64,000 nt of DNA. It comes from Streptosporangiaceae bacterium (GTDB lineage Bacteria > Actinomycetota > Actinomycetes > Streptosporangiales > Streptosporangiaceae). Positions 37,828-46,988 of the stretch are shown piece by piece; positions within the stretch are counted from its first letter, which is position 1; every line of letters starts with the position of its first letter. The notes below the pieces were generated by a model that saw only the letters and a program-made list of their open reading frames with translations, ran no database searches and was not told where the DNA came from. The stretch is from positions 1,253 to 65,252 of the forward strand of contig DASUWU010000046.1 of the NCBI GenBank assembly GCA_036378315.1. The letters are read 5' to 3'. The translations under genes and the position numbers were made by a program.

Positions 37828-38517
37828 TCAGCCCTTCGGCGCGGAGATGGCGAAATTTCGGTTGAAGTCGGCCAACGTCACGGTTACCGCACCCTGGGTG
37901 CCGTCGCCGCCGCCCGCCTTGGGGATCGGCACGCGCACCTTGAGCACACGGTGATCACCGGCGGCCACCCACACCTGCCCGTCGATGTCCTTGCCGACCC
38001 CCGGCACCAGGGACGGCACCACCGACCTCGACAGCGTGGCCTTGACCCGGAACGCGTCCTGGCCGCCCACCTTCTCGCGCTTGTCGGTCTTGGGCTTCGC
38101 GGCCGTGTCCAGCAGTTTCACGATTCCCCGCTGCGGATCGAGGATCGCCGACGGGTCGTACACGGCCAGCACGGTCGCCCTGGGCAGCCGCTGATACCCG
38201 CCGGTCGCCCCCTTGAAGTAGACGGTGTTGCCCACCAGCGTGAACGCCATCTCGACCGACTGTCCCGACTGGGTCACCTGCAGCGTCCCCTCGGCGTCCC
38301 CCGACTTGAGCAGCCTGCCGTCGGCGCTCTTGATCGCGATCGGCGGGTTGCCCTCGGAACGGATGGCGAACCCGACGCTCTGCACCCCGCGCATGGCGGC
38401 GGACGCCTGCTGGAGCAGCTTCCGCCCGTCGGGCAGCGACCCGCCGCCAGAACATCCCGCGCCGGCCAGCGCGACGAGCGCCAGCCACGCGAACACCCGA
38501 CCCCCGGTCAACGACAT
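37828..38517 (-). CDS. lprG: LppX/LprAFG-family lipoprotein
   Basis: Lipobox LAGAGC. The size (229 aa) and pairing with the MFS gene match the mycobacterial lprG-Rv1410c operon. Confidence 0.75.
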   Translation of the reverse strand: MSLTGGRVFAWLALVALAGAGCSGGGSLPDGRKLLQQASAAMRGVQSVGFAIRSEGNPPIAIKSADGRLLKSGDAEGTLQVTQSGQSVEMAFTLVGNTVYFKGATGGYQRLPRATVLAVYDPSAILDPQRGIVKLLDTAAKPKTDKREKVGGQDAFRVKATLSRSVVPSLVPGVGKDIDGQVWVAAGDHRVLKVRVPIPKAGGGDGTQGAVTVTLADFNRNFAISAPKG

Positions 38518-38723
38518 AGCGGGACCCTACCGACGAGTCGCTCCCCGCGTCACCCCGTTCCGGCGCTCCCTCCCCGCACATCGCATCCCGCACGGCCGCG
38601 CCCCGTACCGGCCGATGGCCCGGCGATGCGCCCCAAGACCTCTACACTATGAGCCAGCCCGAGCGGGCGCCCGAGATCCTCCGCTCGTCCACCCGCGTGC
38701 GCGCGGGTCGACCAGCGGTGTGC

Positions 38724-38797
<74 letters not shown>

Positions 38798-38856
38798 ACG
38801 CAGCGGGCGCGGGTGCTCGGCGGGCATTGCCGGCCTTCGCGCCACTTGTCGCCGGA

Positions 38857-38890
38857 CAGATCCTGATCCATTGAATTGGATCAGGATCTG
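38857..38890. other. Perfect 14-bp-stem hairpin in the A/T-rich flank of tRNA-Met
   Basis: cagatcctgatcca ttgaat tggatcaggatctg, followed by atttat. Confidence 0.8.
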
Positions 38891-39092
38891 ATTTATCGGA
38901 ACTTGTTCCGTGACATTGGAACTTAGTCGAAGTGTCCTGAACCATTCCCATTATAGCGGGAAATCCTTGTCCTAATCACCATTTTATGTAAGTCTGCTGG
39001 TAGCCATCGTTATACCAATCAGTCTCCCGGGCGGGCTCGGGGTATTGTCGCCGTGCGTCAATATCCGCTCGGTGGAAAGACCAGGAGGCGCT

Positions 39093-40043
39093 ATGGCCAA
39101 CGTACTGGCCAAAGACCCGGGCGGGCGACGCGGCTTTCCCCTCGGGCTCGGATACTTTCGGTGGGTGAATTGTGCCCCGCGGCCCGTCCGGGTCGCCTTG
39201 GCGGCTTTCCTCGGCGCGGCGCTCGCGGCCGGCTGCGGCTCGGGTGGTTCGTCGGGCAAGTCGGGCGGTTCCGGCGAGGTCAACGTGCTGTACGCCGGGT
39301 CCATGGTGGACCTGATGCAGCATCACGTCGGGCCGGCCTTCGAAAAGGCGACCGGACATTCCTTCAAGGGCTTCACGGCCGGCGACAAGGACGTGGCGAG
39401 CCAGATCAAGGCCGGGGTCCACGCAGGCGACGTCTTCATGAGCGCGAGTCCCGATGTCAACAACACCCTGATCGGGCCGGCCAACGACAACCTGATCTCG
39501 TGGTACGCCACGTACGCCACCTCGCCGCTGGTCATCGGGTACAAGCCGAGCAGCAAGTTCGCCGCCGACCTGAAGAGCAAGCCGTGGTACACGGCCATCA
39601 CCGAGCCCGGGCTCCATATCGGGTTCAGCGACCCGAAGACCGATCCGAAGGGCGAGAAAGCCGTCCAGGCGATGAACGACACCGCCGCCAAGAACCCGGC
39701 GCTGAGGAAGCTGGCGACCGACACCTCCTCCATGTTCCCCGAGGAGACCTTGGTCGGCAGGGTCCAGTCCGGCCAGCTCGATGCCGCGTTCTTCTACGCG
39801 AGCGAGGCGGCCGTGGCCAAGATCCCGACCGTGCCGGTGACCGGTGAGAGCCTGGGGGCGACCTACACGGTGGCCGTGTTGAACAAGGGTCCGCACCAGG
39901 CCACCGCCCAGGCGTTCGTCTCCTACCTGCTCGGGCCCGACGGCCAGCGCCTCCTCAAGCAGGACAACTTCACCCTCATCACGCCGCCGAAGGTGACCGG
40001 GTCCAACATCCCGGCCAGCCTGAAAGGCCTGTTGGCGGGATAA
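39093..40043 (+). CDS. ModA/WtpA-like periplasmic oxyanion (molybdate/tungstate-type) binding lipoprotein
   Basis: GGAGG lies 4 nt before the ATG at 39093. The lipobox is LAAGC. VNVLYAGSMVDLM...DVFMSASPD fits the ModA-family pattern. Confidence 0.7.
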   Translation: MANVLAKDPGGRRGFPLGLGYFRWVNCAPRPVRVALAAFLGAALAAGCGSGGSSGKSGGSGEVNVLYAGSMVDLMQHHVGPAFEKATGHSFKGFTAGDKDVASQIKAGVHAGDVFMSASPDVNNTLIGPANDNLISWYATYATSPLVIGYKPSSKFAADLKSKPWYTAITEPGLHIGFSDPKTDPKGEKAVQAMNDTAAKNPALRKLATDTSSMFPEETLVGRVQSGQLDAAFFYASEAAVAKIPTVPVTGESLGATYTVAVLNKGPHQATAQAFVSYLLGPDGQRLLKQDNFTLITPPKVTGSNIPASLKGLLAG

Positions 40044-41914
40044 TGGCTTACCGAGCGTCGCGCAGCCCGCTCACCTGGCTGGGCGGGCTGTTGGCCCTGT
40101 ATCTCATCGTCCCGATCGGCGCCTTCGTCGTCCGGCTGGCCGGGTCCGACCAGCGCGGTTTCAACACCCCCGGACTGTGGTCGGCGGTCTGGGTGTCCGC
40201 GGCGGCAGCGACGATCTCGACCCTGCTGGTGGCGCTGTTCGGCATCCCGCTGGCGCACTGGCTGTCCAGGTCCCGTGGCGCCGTGGCCCGCGTCGTCGGC
40301 GTCCTCGTGCTGTTGCCGCTGGCGCTGCCCTCCGTGATGAGCGGCGTCGTGCTGATCTACCTCGTCGGCCCGTACACGCCCATCGGGCAGTTCTTCGGCG
40401 GCCGTCTCACCGACTCGGTGATCGGGGTGGTCCTCGCGATGACGTTCGAGGCCGCGCCGTTCCTCGTCATCGCGGCGCGCGCGGCCTTCGAGGCCATCGA
40501 CCCCGCGTTCGAGGACCTCGCGGCGAGCCTCGGGCATCGCGGCCCGGCCCGGTTCTGGCGGGTGCGCATGCGCATCGCGGCCCCGGGCATCCGGGCCGGG
40601 GCGCTGATGACCTGGCTGCGCGCCCTCGGCGCGTACGGCGCGGTCGTCCTCCTCGCCTACCATCCGTACTCGCTGCCGGTGTTGACCTACGTCCAGTTCT
40701 CGAGCGCCGGGGTTCCCGGCACCCAGGCGCCCACGGCGCTCGCGCTCGGCGTCGCGGTGCTCATCGTGCTGCTCACCCTGATCCGGCGGCCGGTCCGGCT
40801 GCGGCCCTCGGGTCGCCTGCCCGACCCCAGGCAACCCGGTCTTGGCGCGCCGACCGTCGTCGGCTTCGACCTCGACCTGGCCGTCGGCTCGTTTCCGCTG
40901 AAGCTGAACCACCAGGCGGCCAGCCACCGGATCGCCATCCTCGGCCCGTCCGGGGCGGGGAAGTCGGTGGCGCTGCGCGCCCTGGCGGGCTTCCTCGGGC
41001 CGCACGCGGGGCAGGTCAGCTACAACGGGCAGCCGGTCTCCGGTGTCCCGGTGGAGGAACGGCACATCGGGTACGTGCCGCAGAGCCTGGCCCTGTTCCC
41101 CGGCCGCACCGTGTGGCAGCAGGTGCTGTTCGCCACCAACGCCGACCCCGCGCTCGCCGCGTGGTGGTTGCGCACGCTGGGCCTGACCGGTCTGGAGGAC
41201 CGCCTGCCCGAGCAGCTGTCCGGAGGCCAGCGGCAGCGAGTGGCGCTGGCCAGGGCGCTGAGCCACGGTCCGCGGCTGGTCCTGCTCGACGAGCCGTTCA
41301 GCGCCCTCGACGCGCCGGTCCGCGACGAACTCCGCCGCGAGCTGCGGCGGCTCCAGCGTGAGACCGGTCTGTCCACGGTGCTGGTCACCCACGACCCGGA
41401 GGAGGCCGCGCTGCTGGCCGACGAGATCCTCGTCATCGCCGACGGCCGGCTGCTCCAGGCCGGGCGGCGCAACGACGTGTTCAACCGGCCCGCCTCGCCG
41501 CAGGTCGCGCGGCTGCTCGGCATCCAGAACATCAACCGGGCCACCGTGACGGTGCCCGGCGTCATCACCGCGGGCGGGACGCGGATCACCGTCGACACGC
41601 CGGACCTGCCGGCCGGCAGCGAGGTGCTCTGGTCCATCAACCCCGACCACGTCACCATCACCCCGCGAGGCGCGTACGCCGCGGTGGTCGACGACGTCGC
41701 CGACATCGGCCGGGGCACCACGATCACCGTCCTGCTGGACGGCGGTCTCGAACTGCGGGCCAGGACCGTCGACTCCGGCGGGCTCGACCCCGGCCACCCC
41801 TGCTACATCGACCTCGACCCGGCCGCCATCGCGCTCTGGCCGGCCGACTCCCCGGTGCTACTCGATGGCGAGCAGGTCGCCGTCACCGGCAGAAAGGCGC
41901 CGTTGAACGAATAG
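40043..41914 (+). CDS. Fused ABC permease (ModB/CysT-like) plus ATPase (ModC-like) with C-terminal TOBE-like domain
   Basis: The N-terminal ~260 aa has TM helices. Then GPSGAGKSVAL, LSGGQRQRVALARAL and LVLLDEPFSALD follow, then a beta-rich tail. The ATG overlaps the binding-protein TAA. Confidence 0.85.
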   Translation: MAYRASRSPLTWLGGLLALYLIVPIGAFVVRLAGSDQRGFNTPGLWSAVWVSAAAATISTLLVALFGIPLAHWLSRSRGAVARVVGVLVLLPLALPSVMSGVVLIYLVGPYTPIGQFFGGRLTDSVIGVVLAMTFEAAPFLVIAARAAFEAIDPAFEDLAASLGHRGPARFWRVRMRIAAPGIRAGALMTWLRALGAYGAVVLLAYHPYSLPVLTYVQFSSAGVPGTQAPTALALGVAVLIVLLTLIRRPVRLRPSGRLPDPRQPGLGAPTVVGFDLDLAVGSFPLKLNHQAASHRIAILGPSGAGKSVALRALAGFLGPHAGQVSYNGQPVSGVPVEERHIGYVPQSLALFPGRTVWQQVLFATNADPALAAWWLRTLGLTGLEDRLPEQLSGGQRQRVALARALSHGPRLVLLDEPFSALDAPVRDELRRELRRLQRETGLSTVLVTHDPEEAALLADEILVIADGRLLQAGRRNDVFNRPASPQVARLLGIQNINRATVTVPGVITAGGTRITVDTPDLPAGSEVLWSINPDHVTITPRGAYAAVVDDVADIGRGTTITVLLDGGLELRARTVDSGGLDPGHPCYIDLDPAAIALWPADSPVLLDGEQVAVTGRKAPLNE

Positions 41915-41954
41915 TCTCCGGGCAGGCGCCGGCCGGCCGGGCTTCATGCCTGGA

Positions 41955-42800
41955 TCAGGGCAGGAAGTAGTTGGGGTTGGGCAGCTTGAACGTCCGGTCG
42001 GCGTGGCCGCCCACGAGGTCGCTGAACTGGTCGCCGAAGTTGGCGACGATGTCGTACCCCGTGGACTCGATGTGCGCCCGCGTCGCCGACTTGTAGTGGA
42101 TCGTGGTGCACGCGCCGTTCGGGTCGGCGGCGCAGGCCTGCTTCAGGTAGTCGGGGTAGTCCGCGACGGCGGGCTTGGTGAACAGCCCGTCCTCGGTCCC
42201 GCTGAGCGCGGTGGGCTTCGGGTAGCCGGCGTCCACCCCGACCCCGTCCGCGGTCAGGTTGCCCAGCGTGGCGGCCTCCTGGGTGGTGGGCCGGCCGGTC
42301 AGATAGAAGATGGCGTAGCCCTCGCGCTCGGCCGCCCGCACCATGTCGACCATCCCGAACACGGCGGGAAAGCGCTGCTCGGTGACGAACGTGGCGTTGG
42401 TGGCCGGGTTGAACGCCCAGTTGCTGAAGATCTCGTAGTTCCAGGTCAGCAACGTGGTGTCGTCGACGTCGAGCACGATCGCGCGCGTTCCGCGCACGCG
42501 GTGGGGGCCGGCCAGCCAGCGCGTCCCCGCACTCGCGACCGACCTCGCCTCCTTGGCGTAGTTTCCGTCATCGGCCGCGACGCCCGTGCCCAGCGGGTCT
42601 CCGTAGTAGTTGCGGATCTGCTGCCGCAGCACGTCGATGTTCGTGATCTGATGCTCGGAGCGCGGCGTGAAGGTCTTGATGGCCGGCTCCGGCGCCGCCG
42701 CGATGGCCATGCCCCCGCCCACGATGGACGTGACCGCGAGCGCGGCGACCGCGATCAGAAGGGACCGGCGTGAGCGATGACGCCACAGACGTGCATACAC
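41955..42800 (-). CDS. Secreted HAD-superfamily acid phosphatase (class B/plant VSP-like)
   Basis: A signal peptide, then IVLDVDDTTL (DxDxT) and GDQFSDL. Confidence 0.8.
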   Translation of the reverse strand: MYARLWRHRSRRSLLIAVAALAVTSIVGGGMAIAAAPEPAIKTFTPRSEHQITNIDVLRQQIRNYYGDPLGTGVAADDGNYAKEARSVASAGTRWLAGPHRVRGTRAIVLDVDDTTLLTWNYEIFSNWAFNPATNATFVTEQRFPAVFGMVDMVRAAEREGYAIFYLTGRPTTQEAATLGNLTADGVGVDAGYPKPTALSGTEDGLFTKPAVADYPDYLKQACAADPNGACTTIHYKSATRAHIESTGYDIVANFGDQFSDLVGGHADRTFKLPNPNYFLP

Positions 42801-42842
42801 GGTGACCTCCCCGGCGACGGATGATGTCGCTTCCCGCTGCGA

Positions 42843-42877
42843 CCTAGATCCTGCAACCTAGATCCTGCAACCTAGAC
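42843..42877. repeat. 2.5 x 14-bp tandem repeat in a divergent promoter region
   Basis: cctagatcctgcaa | cctagatcctgcaa | cctagac, between the phosphatase start (42800) and the oxidase start (43092). Confidence 0.85.
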
Positions 42878-43091
42878 CGTGGCCCGCCCCGAGCGCTACC
42901 AGGGCCCGCGCCCTTCCGGGGTATGGACCACGAGCCAGAGGTGCCGGTCGCCGCGCCAGGTCGCTCCTTGTCACCATACAGTTACTGGCTGCGCGTCACG
43001 CGGGACGCCTACCGTCGGATTGTAAGCACGCGACTCCAAGGAGTCATCGACCGGAGTCATGGATGCGAACGGATGACGAGGAGGTGGGTGC

Positions 43092-44534
43092 ATGACGCTG
43101 GACGTCCTGGATCTGCTCAAGGAGGGGCTGCCGGAGGGCTCGGCGCGGCCGCGGCGCATCGTGATCGTTGGCGCCGGCATGGCCGGCCTCACCGCGGGCC
43201 TGCTGTTAAAGGAGGCCGGCCATGAGGTGACCATTCTGGAAGGGCAGAACCGGGTGGGCGGCCGCATATTAACCTATCGCGGTTTTGCCGGGGACATGTA
43301 CGGCGAGTTCGGCGCCATGCGTTTTCCGCGCCAACACCCCTTGGTCCAGTGGCTGATCCAGGAAAAGTTCAAGCTGCGGACCAAACCGTTCGCCATGTAC
43401 GACGAGGACACATTCATCTACCTGCAGGGCAAGGCCGTCAGGCGCCATGACTTCAGCGTCGACATGTTCGACTTCGATCTGCTGCCGCACGAGGCGGACA
43501 AGGCGCCGCACGAGTTGTTGCGGCATACGATGCGGCCGCTCCTCGAGATCATGGAGAACGAGGACGAGGCGACCGCGTGGCACCGGCTGCTCGAGGACTA
43601 CGACAGGTACTCCCTGCTCGGCTATCTCAAGGAGCGCAACGTCAGCGACGGAGCGCTGTCCATGCTCGGCCCTTTGTTCAACCTCGAGGGCCGCTACCAC
43701 TTCTCCCTCGTCGAATGGTTCTCGCATTTTTACGAGGACGTCTTCGGCGACCTGGTTTACGTGGTCGACGGGGCGGACTCGCTGCCCAGGGCGTTCGAGG
43801 CCTACCTCATGGACGACATCAGGTTCGGCGCCCAGGTCCATGCCATCGACCAGACGGACAAGAAGGTCCACGTTCATTTCCGGGTCGGCCGCAGGTCGCA
43901 GGTCATCACCGCGGACGAATGCATCGTGACCGCTCCGCTCTCCGGCCTCCGGCACATGGAGATCGAGGGGCTGGACGCGGACAAGTGGTACGCGATCCGC
44001 AACTCCTACTACGGCCGGGCGCACAAGCTCTTCATGCAGTTCAGCGAGCGGTGGTGGGAGACGAAGTACGACATCACCCACGGGCTGACCGTCACCGACC
44101 TCGCGATCCGCAACGTCGTGTACCCGCCGGCCGGCCAGGACGACCGGTTCCAGAAAGGCGTGATGATCGCGTCCTACTGCTGGGAGCAGGACAGCATTCC
44201 CTACACGCCGCTGGCCGGCGAGGAATGCGTCGCCCAGGCGCTGGAAGACCTGGTCAAGATCCATCCCGAAGCGCGCGACACCTTTGAGTTCGGCGTCTAC
44301 AAAGACTGGGCCCTCGACTGGTTCGCCGGCGGCATCGGCCCGTTGTTCCGCGCCTTCGAGATGAGCGAGGCGTTCTACGAGGACATCATCCGGCCGGTGC
44401 ATCGGGTGTGGTTCGCCAACGATGCCTGCGATCGACGTCATCGGCGCTGGGTCGAAGGCGCCCTCAAGGCCGCCATCAAGAACGCCTACGCCATCCACAC
44501 CGGCCTGCGGGACGAGATGCCCTGGAAGGACTGA
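43092..44534 (+). CDS. Flavin amine oxidase / L-amino-acid oxidase-like
   Basis: IVIVGAGMAGLTAGLLLKEAGHEVTILEGQNRVGGR is the FAD dinucleotide fold plus GG motif. RBS gaggagg. Codons are more A/T-ending than in the neighbours. Confidence 0.85.
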   Translation: MTLDVLDLLKEGLPEGSARPRRIVIVGAGMAGLTAGLLLKEAGHEVTILEGQNRVGGRILTYRGFAGDMYGEFGAMRFPRQHPLVQWLIQEKFKLRTKPFAMYDEDTFIYLQGKAVRRHDFSVDMFDFDLLPHEADKAPHELLRHTMRPLLEIMENEDEATAWHRLLEDYDRYSLLGYLKERNVSDGALSMLGPLFNLEGRYHFSLVEWFSHFYEDVFGDLVYVVDGADSLPRAFEAYLMDDIRFGAQVHAIDQTDKKVHVHFRVGRRSQVITADECIVTAPLSGLRHMEIEGLDADKWYAIRNSYYGRAHKLFMQFSERWWETKYDITHGLTVTDLAIRNVVYPPAGQDDRFQKGVMIASYCWEQDSIPYTPLAGEECVAQALEDLVKIHPEARDTFEFGVYKDWALDWFAGGIGPLFRAFEMSEAFYEDIIRPVHRVWFANDACDRRHRRWVEGALKAAIKNAYAIHTGLRDEMPWKD

Positions 44535-44619
44535 GCACGACCCCGGTTGCCGGCCTCGAGACCGGCGTCGTCGCTCGCCCCGCTCCGGGGAGCGACGTGG
44601 GCCGGGCGGACCGGGCGGG

Positions 44620-45072
44620 TCAGCCGCTGCCGGCCGGCGGGTCGGCCAGGACACCCTCGAGCAGCCCGGTGGACTGGCCGACCTCGATGAGGTAGCCATC
44701 GGGGTCACGCATGTAGCAGCGCAGTTCGGCTTTGCGGTCGATGGGCGGCGTGAGGAAGGTGGCTCCCCTCTCGCTCCATTCCTGGTAGCAGGCCCAGATG
44801 TCGGCCACCCGGACGTTGAGGAAACTCGTGGCCGTGCTCGCGTCGGTCGGGGGATGCAACGTGACGTCTGGCTTGTCGGGAGTGGGGCCGCCACCCGGGT
44901 TCATGATCACCCAACTGTTCGCCAATCTGACGATGCACGGGTTCTCCTCCAGGGCCACCTGGCCGCCGAGGACGTCGGTATAGAAAGCCCGGGAGCGGGC
45001 CACGTCGGCCACCGTTATGAAATGCGTCAGCACGATCCCGATGTCAGGTGCCGGGAGATCCTCTCGGCGCAT
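44620..45072 (-). CDS. VOC/glyoxalase-bleomycin resistance family protein
   Basis: HFITVADVARSRAFYTDVLGG and RDPDGYLIEV. Confidence 0.8.
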   Translation of the reverse strand: MRREDLPAPDIGIVLTHFITVADVARSRAFYTDVLGGQVALEENPCIVRLANSWVIMNPGGGPTPDKPDVTLHPPTDASTATSFLNVRVADIWACYQEWSERGATFLTPPIDRKAELRCYMRDPDGYLIEVGQSTGLLEGVLADPPAGSG

Positions 45073-45277
45073 GTCAGCCTCCCCTCGTCATCGCATCGCG
45101 TCGGTCCGCGAGGGAGCGGGCGAACGCCGCACCGGCCACCTCGATCTGAATAACTCTCGCGGTGAAGCGGTGCCCGAGCCGGTGGCACCAGCGGCCTGCT
45201 GGCTTTCGTACCCGAGATGATCAGAGACGACCCATAGGGGAGCGAGATCCTTCTTTACCCTCTGCCTCCTGATCGGC

Positions 45278-45997
45278 ATGGCATGTCCGCGGCCGCCCCG
45301 CCGGCGGGGCGGACGGAAAGAACCTTCCGGTGCGCTCCGGTGTATAAGGAGCATCATCGATGACGCCGAGGCGGTAACGCGGTCTCTCGACGGTGACCTG
45401 GACGCCTACGCCGTGCTGGTCGCCCGCTACACCGCGCCCGCGCACCGGGCGGCCTACCTGCTGGGCGCGGGGGACGAGGCCGACGACGTCGTTCAGGAGG
45501 CGCTGGTGAAGGCGTACCGGCACCTGTCCGGCTTCCGCGTCGGCGAACCGTTCGGTCCCTGGTTGTTGCGCATCGTGGCCAACGAGACCAAGAACCTCAC
45601 CCGATCCCGGCGGCGCCGCGCCGCGCTGGCCCTACGGCTGTCCGCGCTCGGCGGCGAGGACGAAGCGGTCGACGGCACAGGGGGCCCGGTCGGCGCGGTG
45701 CTCGCCGGGGAACGGCGGGGCGCGCTGCTGCGCGCGCTCGACGCGCTCCCCGGCAAGGAGCGGCAGGTCGTGGTGTGCCGCTACTTCCTGGAACTGTCGG
45801 AGGCGGAGACGGCGCAGGTGCTCGGATGGCCGCTGGGCTCGGTCAAGTCTCGTACGTTCCGCGCGCTGAACAGGCTGCGCGGGTCGCTCCTGCCGGCGGC
45901 GGCCCCGGCGGCGGACGCGGATCGGCCGGGTCCTGGCGGTGCCGGGCCTGGCCACCGGGCCCGCCGCGGGCCGGGTTGGGCGGCATCCGATGACTGA
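45278..45997 (+). CDS. ECF (group 4) sigma-70 factor, start codon uncertain
   Basis: Region 2 DDVVQEALVKAYRHLSGFR..FGPWLLRIVANETKN and region 4 ELSEAETAQVLGWPLGSVKSRTFRAL. AAGGAG at 45345 suggests a start near 45352-45357, but no canonical start codon is there. Confidence 0.85.
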   Translation: MACPRPPRRRGGRKEPSGALRCIRSIIDDAEAVTRSLDGDLDAYAVLVARYTAPAHRAAYLLGAGDEADDVVQEALVKAYRHLSGFRVGEPFGPWLLRIVANETKNLTRSRRRRAALALRLSALGGEDEAVDGTGGPVGAVLAGERRGALLRALDALPGKERQVVVCRYFLELSEAETAQVLGWPLGSVKSRTFRALNRLRGSLLPAAAPAADADRPGPGGAGPGHRARRGPGWAASDD

Positions 45998-46913
45998 TCC
46001 GGCCCGCCTGCCGTCCGAGCCGCCGTCCGGCCTGCCGTCCGGCCTGCCGTCCGGCCTGGAGGCCGAGCTGCGTGAGCTGGGCCGCCGGATCGACGTGCCG
46101 GCCGCGCCCGACCTCACCGCCGAGGTGCGGCGGCGGCTCGAGAGCGGCGGGCGCCGTGACCGGCGCCCCGGCGGGCGGCGGTTCCGGTGGCCGCTCACCC
46201 ATAGGGTCACGTGGCCGATCGGGTGGCCATTCAGGTGGCCATTCGGGTGGCCGGTGGCGCGGCCACCGGAGTGGCGGATCAGGTGGCGGGTGGCCGTCCC
46301 CGTCGCGCTGGCGCTGCTCGCCGTCCTGGCCGTCACCCCGCCGGGCCGGGCCGTGGTCGGCCACGTCGTCCGGTTCGCCGGCATCGAGCTGCGCCAGGAG
46401 CCCGCCCCGGTGCGGCCGCCGACCCCGCCGACCCAGGCTTCCGCGACGCCGCCGGGGAGCGGCCGGCCGCTGCCAGGCGAGCAGGTGCTGCCGCTCGGCG
46501 AGGCCCGCCGCCGGGTGACCTTCCCGATCCTGGTGCCGGCACCGCTCGGCGCCCCCGACCGGGTGGTGGTGCGCGACGGCGGCCGGGTGGCGACCCTCGT
46601 CTACCGCCGGACCCCGTACGGCGCGGTGCGGGTCGACGAGTTCGACGGCCATGTCGACTCCATCTTCTTCCGCAAGATCGTGGGCATGGGGGACGCGAGC
46701 GTGGCGCACGTGCGCGGCAGGGAGGCGCTGTGGGTGGGGCATCCGCACGAGGTGGTGTACGTCCGCCGCGACGGCACCACAGATGTAGCCTCGGCCAGGC
46801 TCACCACAGGCGGCACGCTGATCTGGGACACCGGCCGGGTGGCGATGCGGCTGGAGGGCCGGATCGATAAGGGCCGGGCCGTCGCCATCGCCGCCTCCGT
46901 CACCCGGCCATGA
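45990..46913 (+). CDS. Putative membrane anti-sigma factor
   Basis: It overlaps the sigma stop by 8 nt. It has a single TM helix (VAVPVALALLAVLAV) and an extracytoplasmic C-domain. PSGL x3 and WP(I/F)(G/R) repeats are present. Confidence 0.65.
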   Translation: MTDPARLPSEPPSGLPSGLPSGLEAELRELGRRIDVPAAPDLTAEVRRRLESGGRRDRRPGGRRFRWPLTHRVTWPIGWPFRWPFGWPVARPPEWRIRWRVAVPVALALLAVLAVTPPGRAVVGHVVRFAGIELRQEPAPVRPPTPPTQASATPPGSGRPLPGEQVLPLGEARRRVTFPILVPAPLGAPDRVVVRDGGRVATLVYRRTPYGAVRVDEFDGHVDSIFFRKIVGMGDASVAHVRGREALWVGHPHEVVYVRRDGTTDVASARLTTGGTLIWDTGRVAMRLEGRIDKGRAVAIAASVTRP

Positions 46914-46988
46914 GGGGCGCGCCGCCTCCCGGGAACCCGATCGGCCCCGCCGGTGTAGGAGCGGGTGAGGACTGATCGGGAGGGCGCC

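Noticed and set aside
38900-39092. Possible Moco riboswitch upstream of the ModA-like gene.
   Set aside because: I could not recognise the conserved Moco-motif helices or loops. The A/T-rich sequence is more simply a promoter/leader or an integration scar. A covariance-model search would be needed to exclude it formally.
42923-43225. 100-aa plus-strand ORF overlapping the start of the amine oxidase gene.
   Set aside because: It has no RBS and a low-complexity C-terminus. It overlaps a well-supported CDS that has its own gaggagg RBS.
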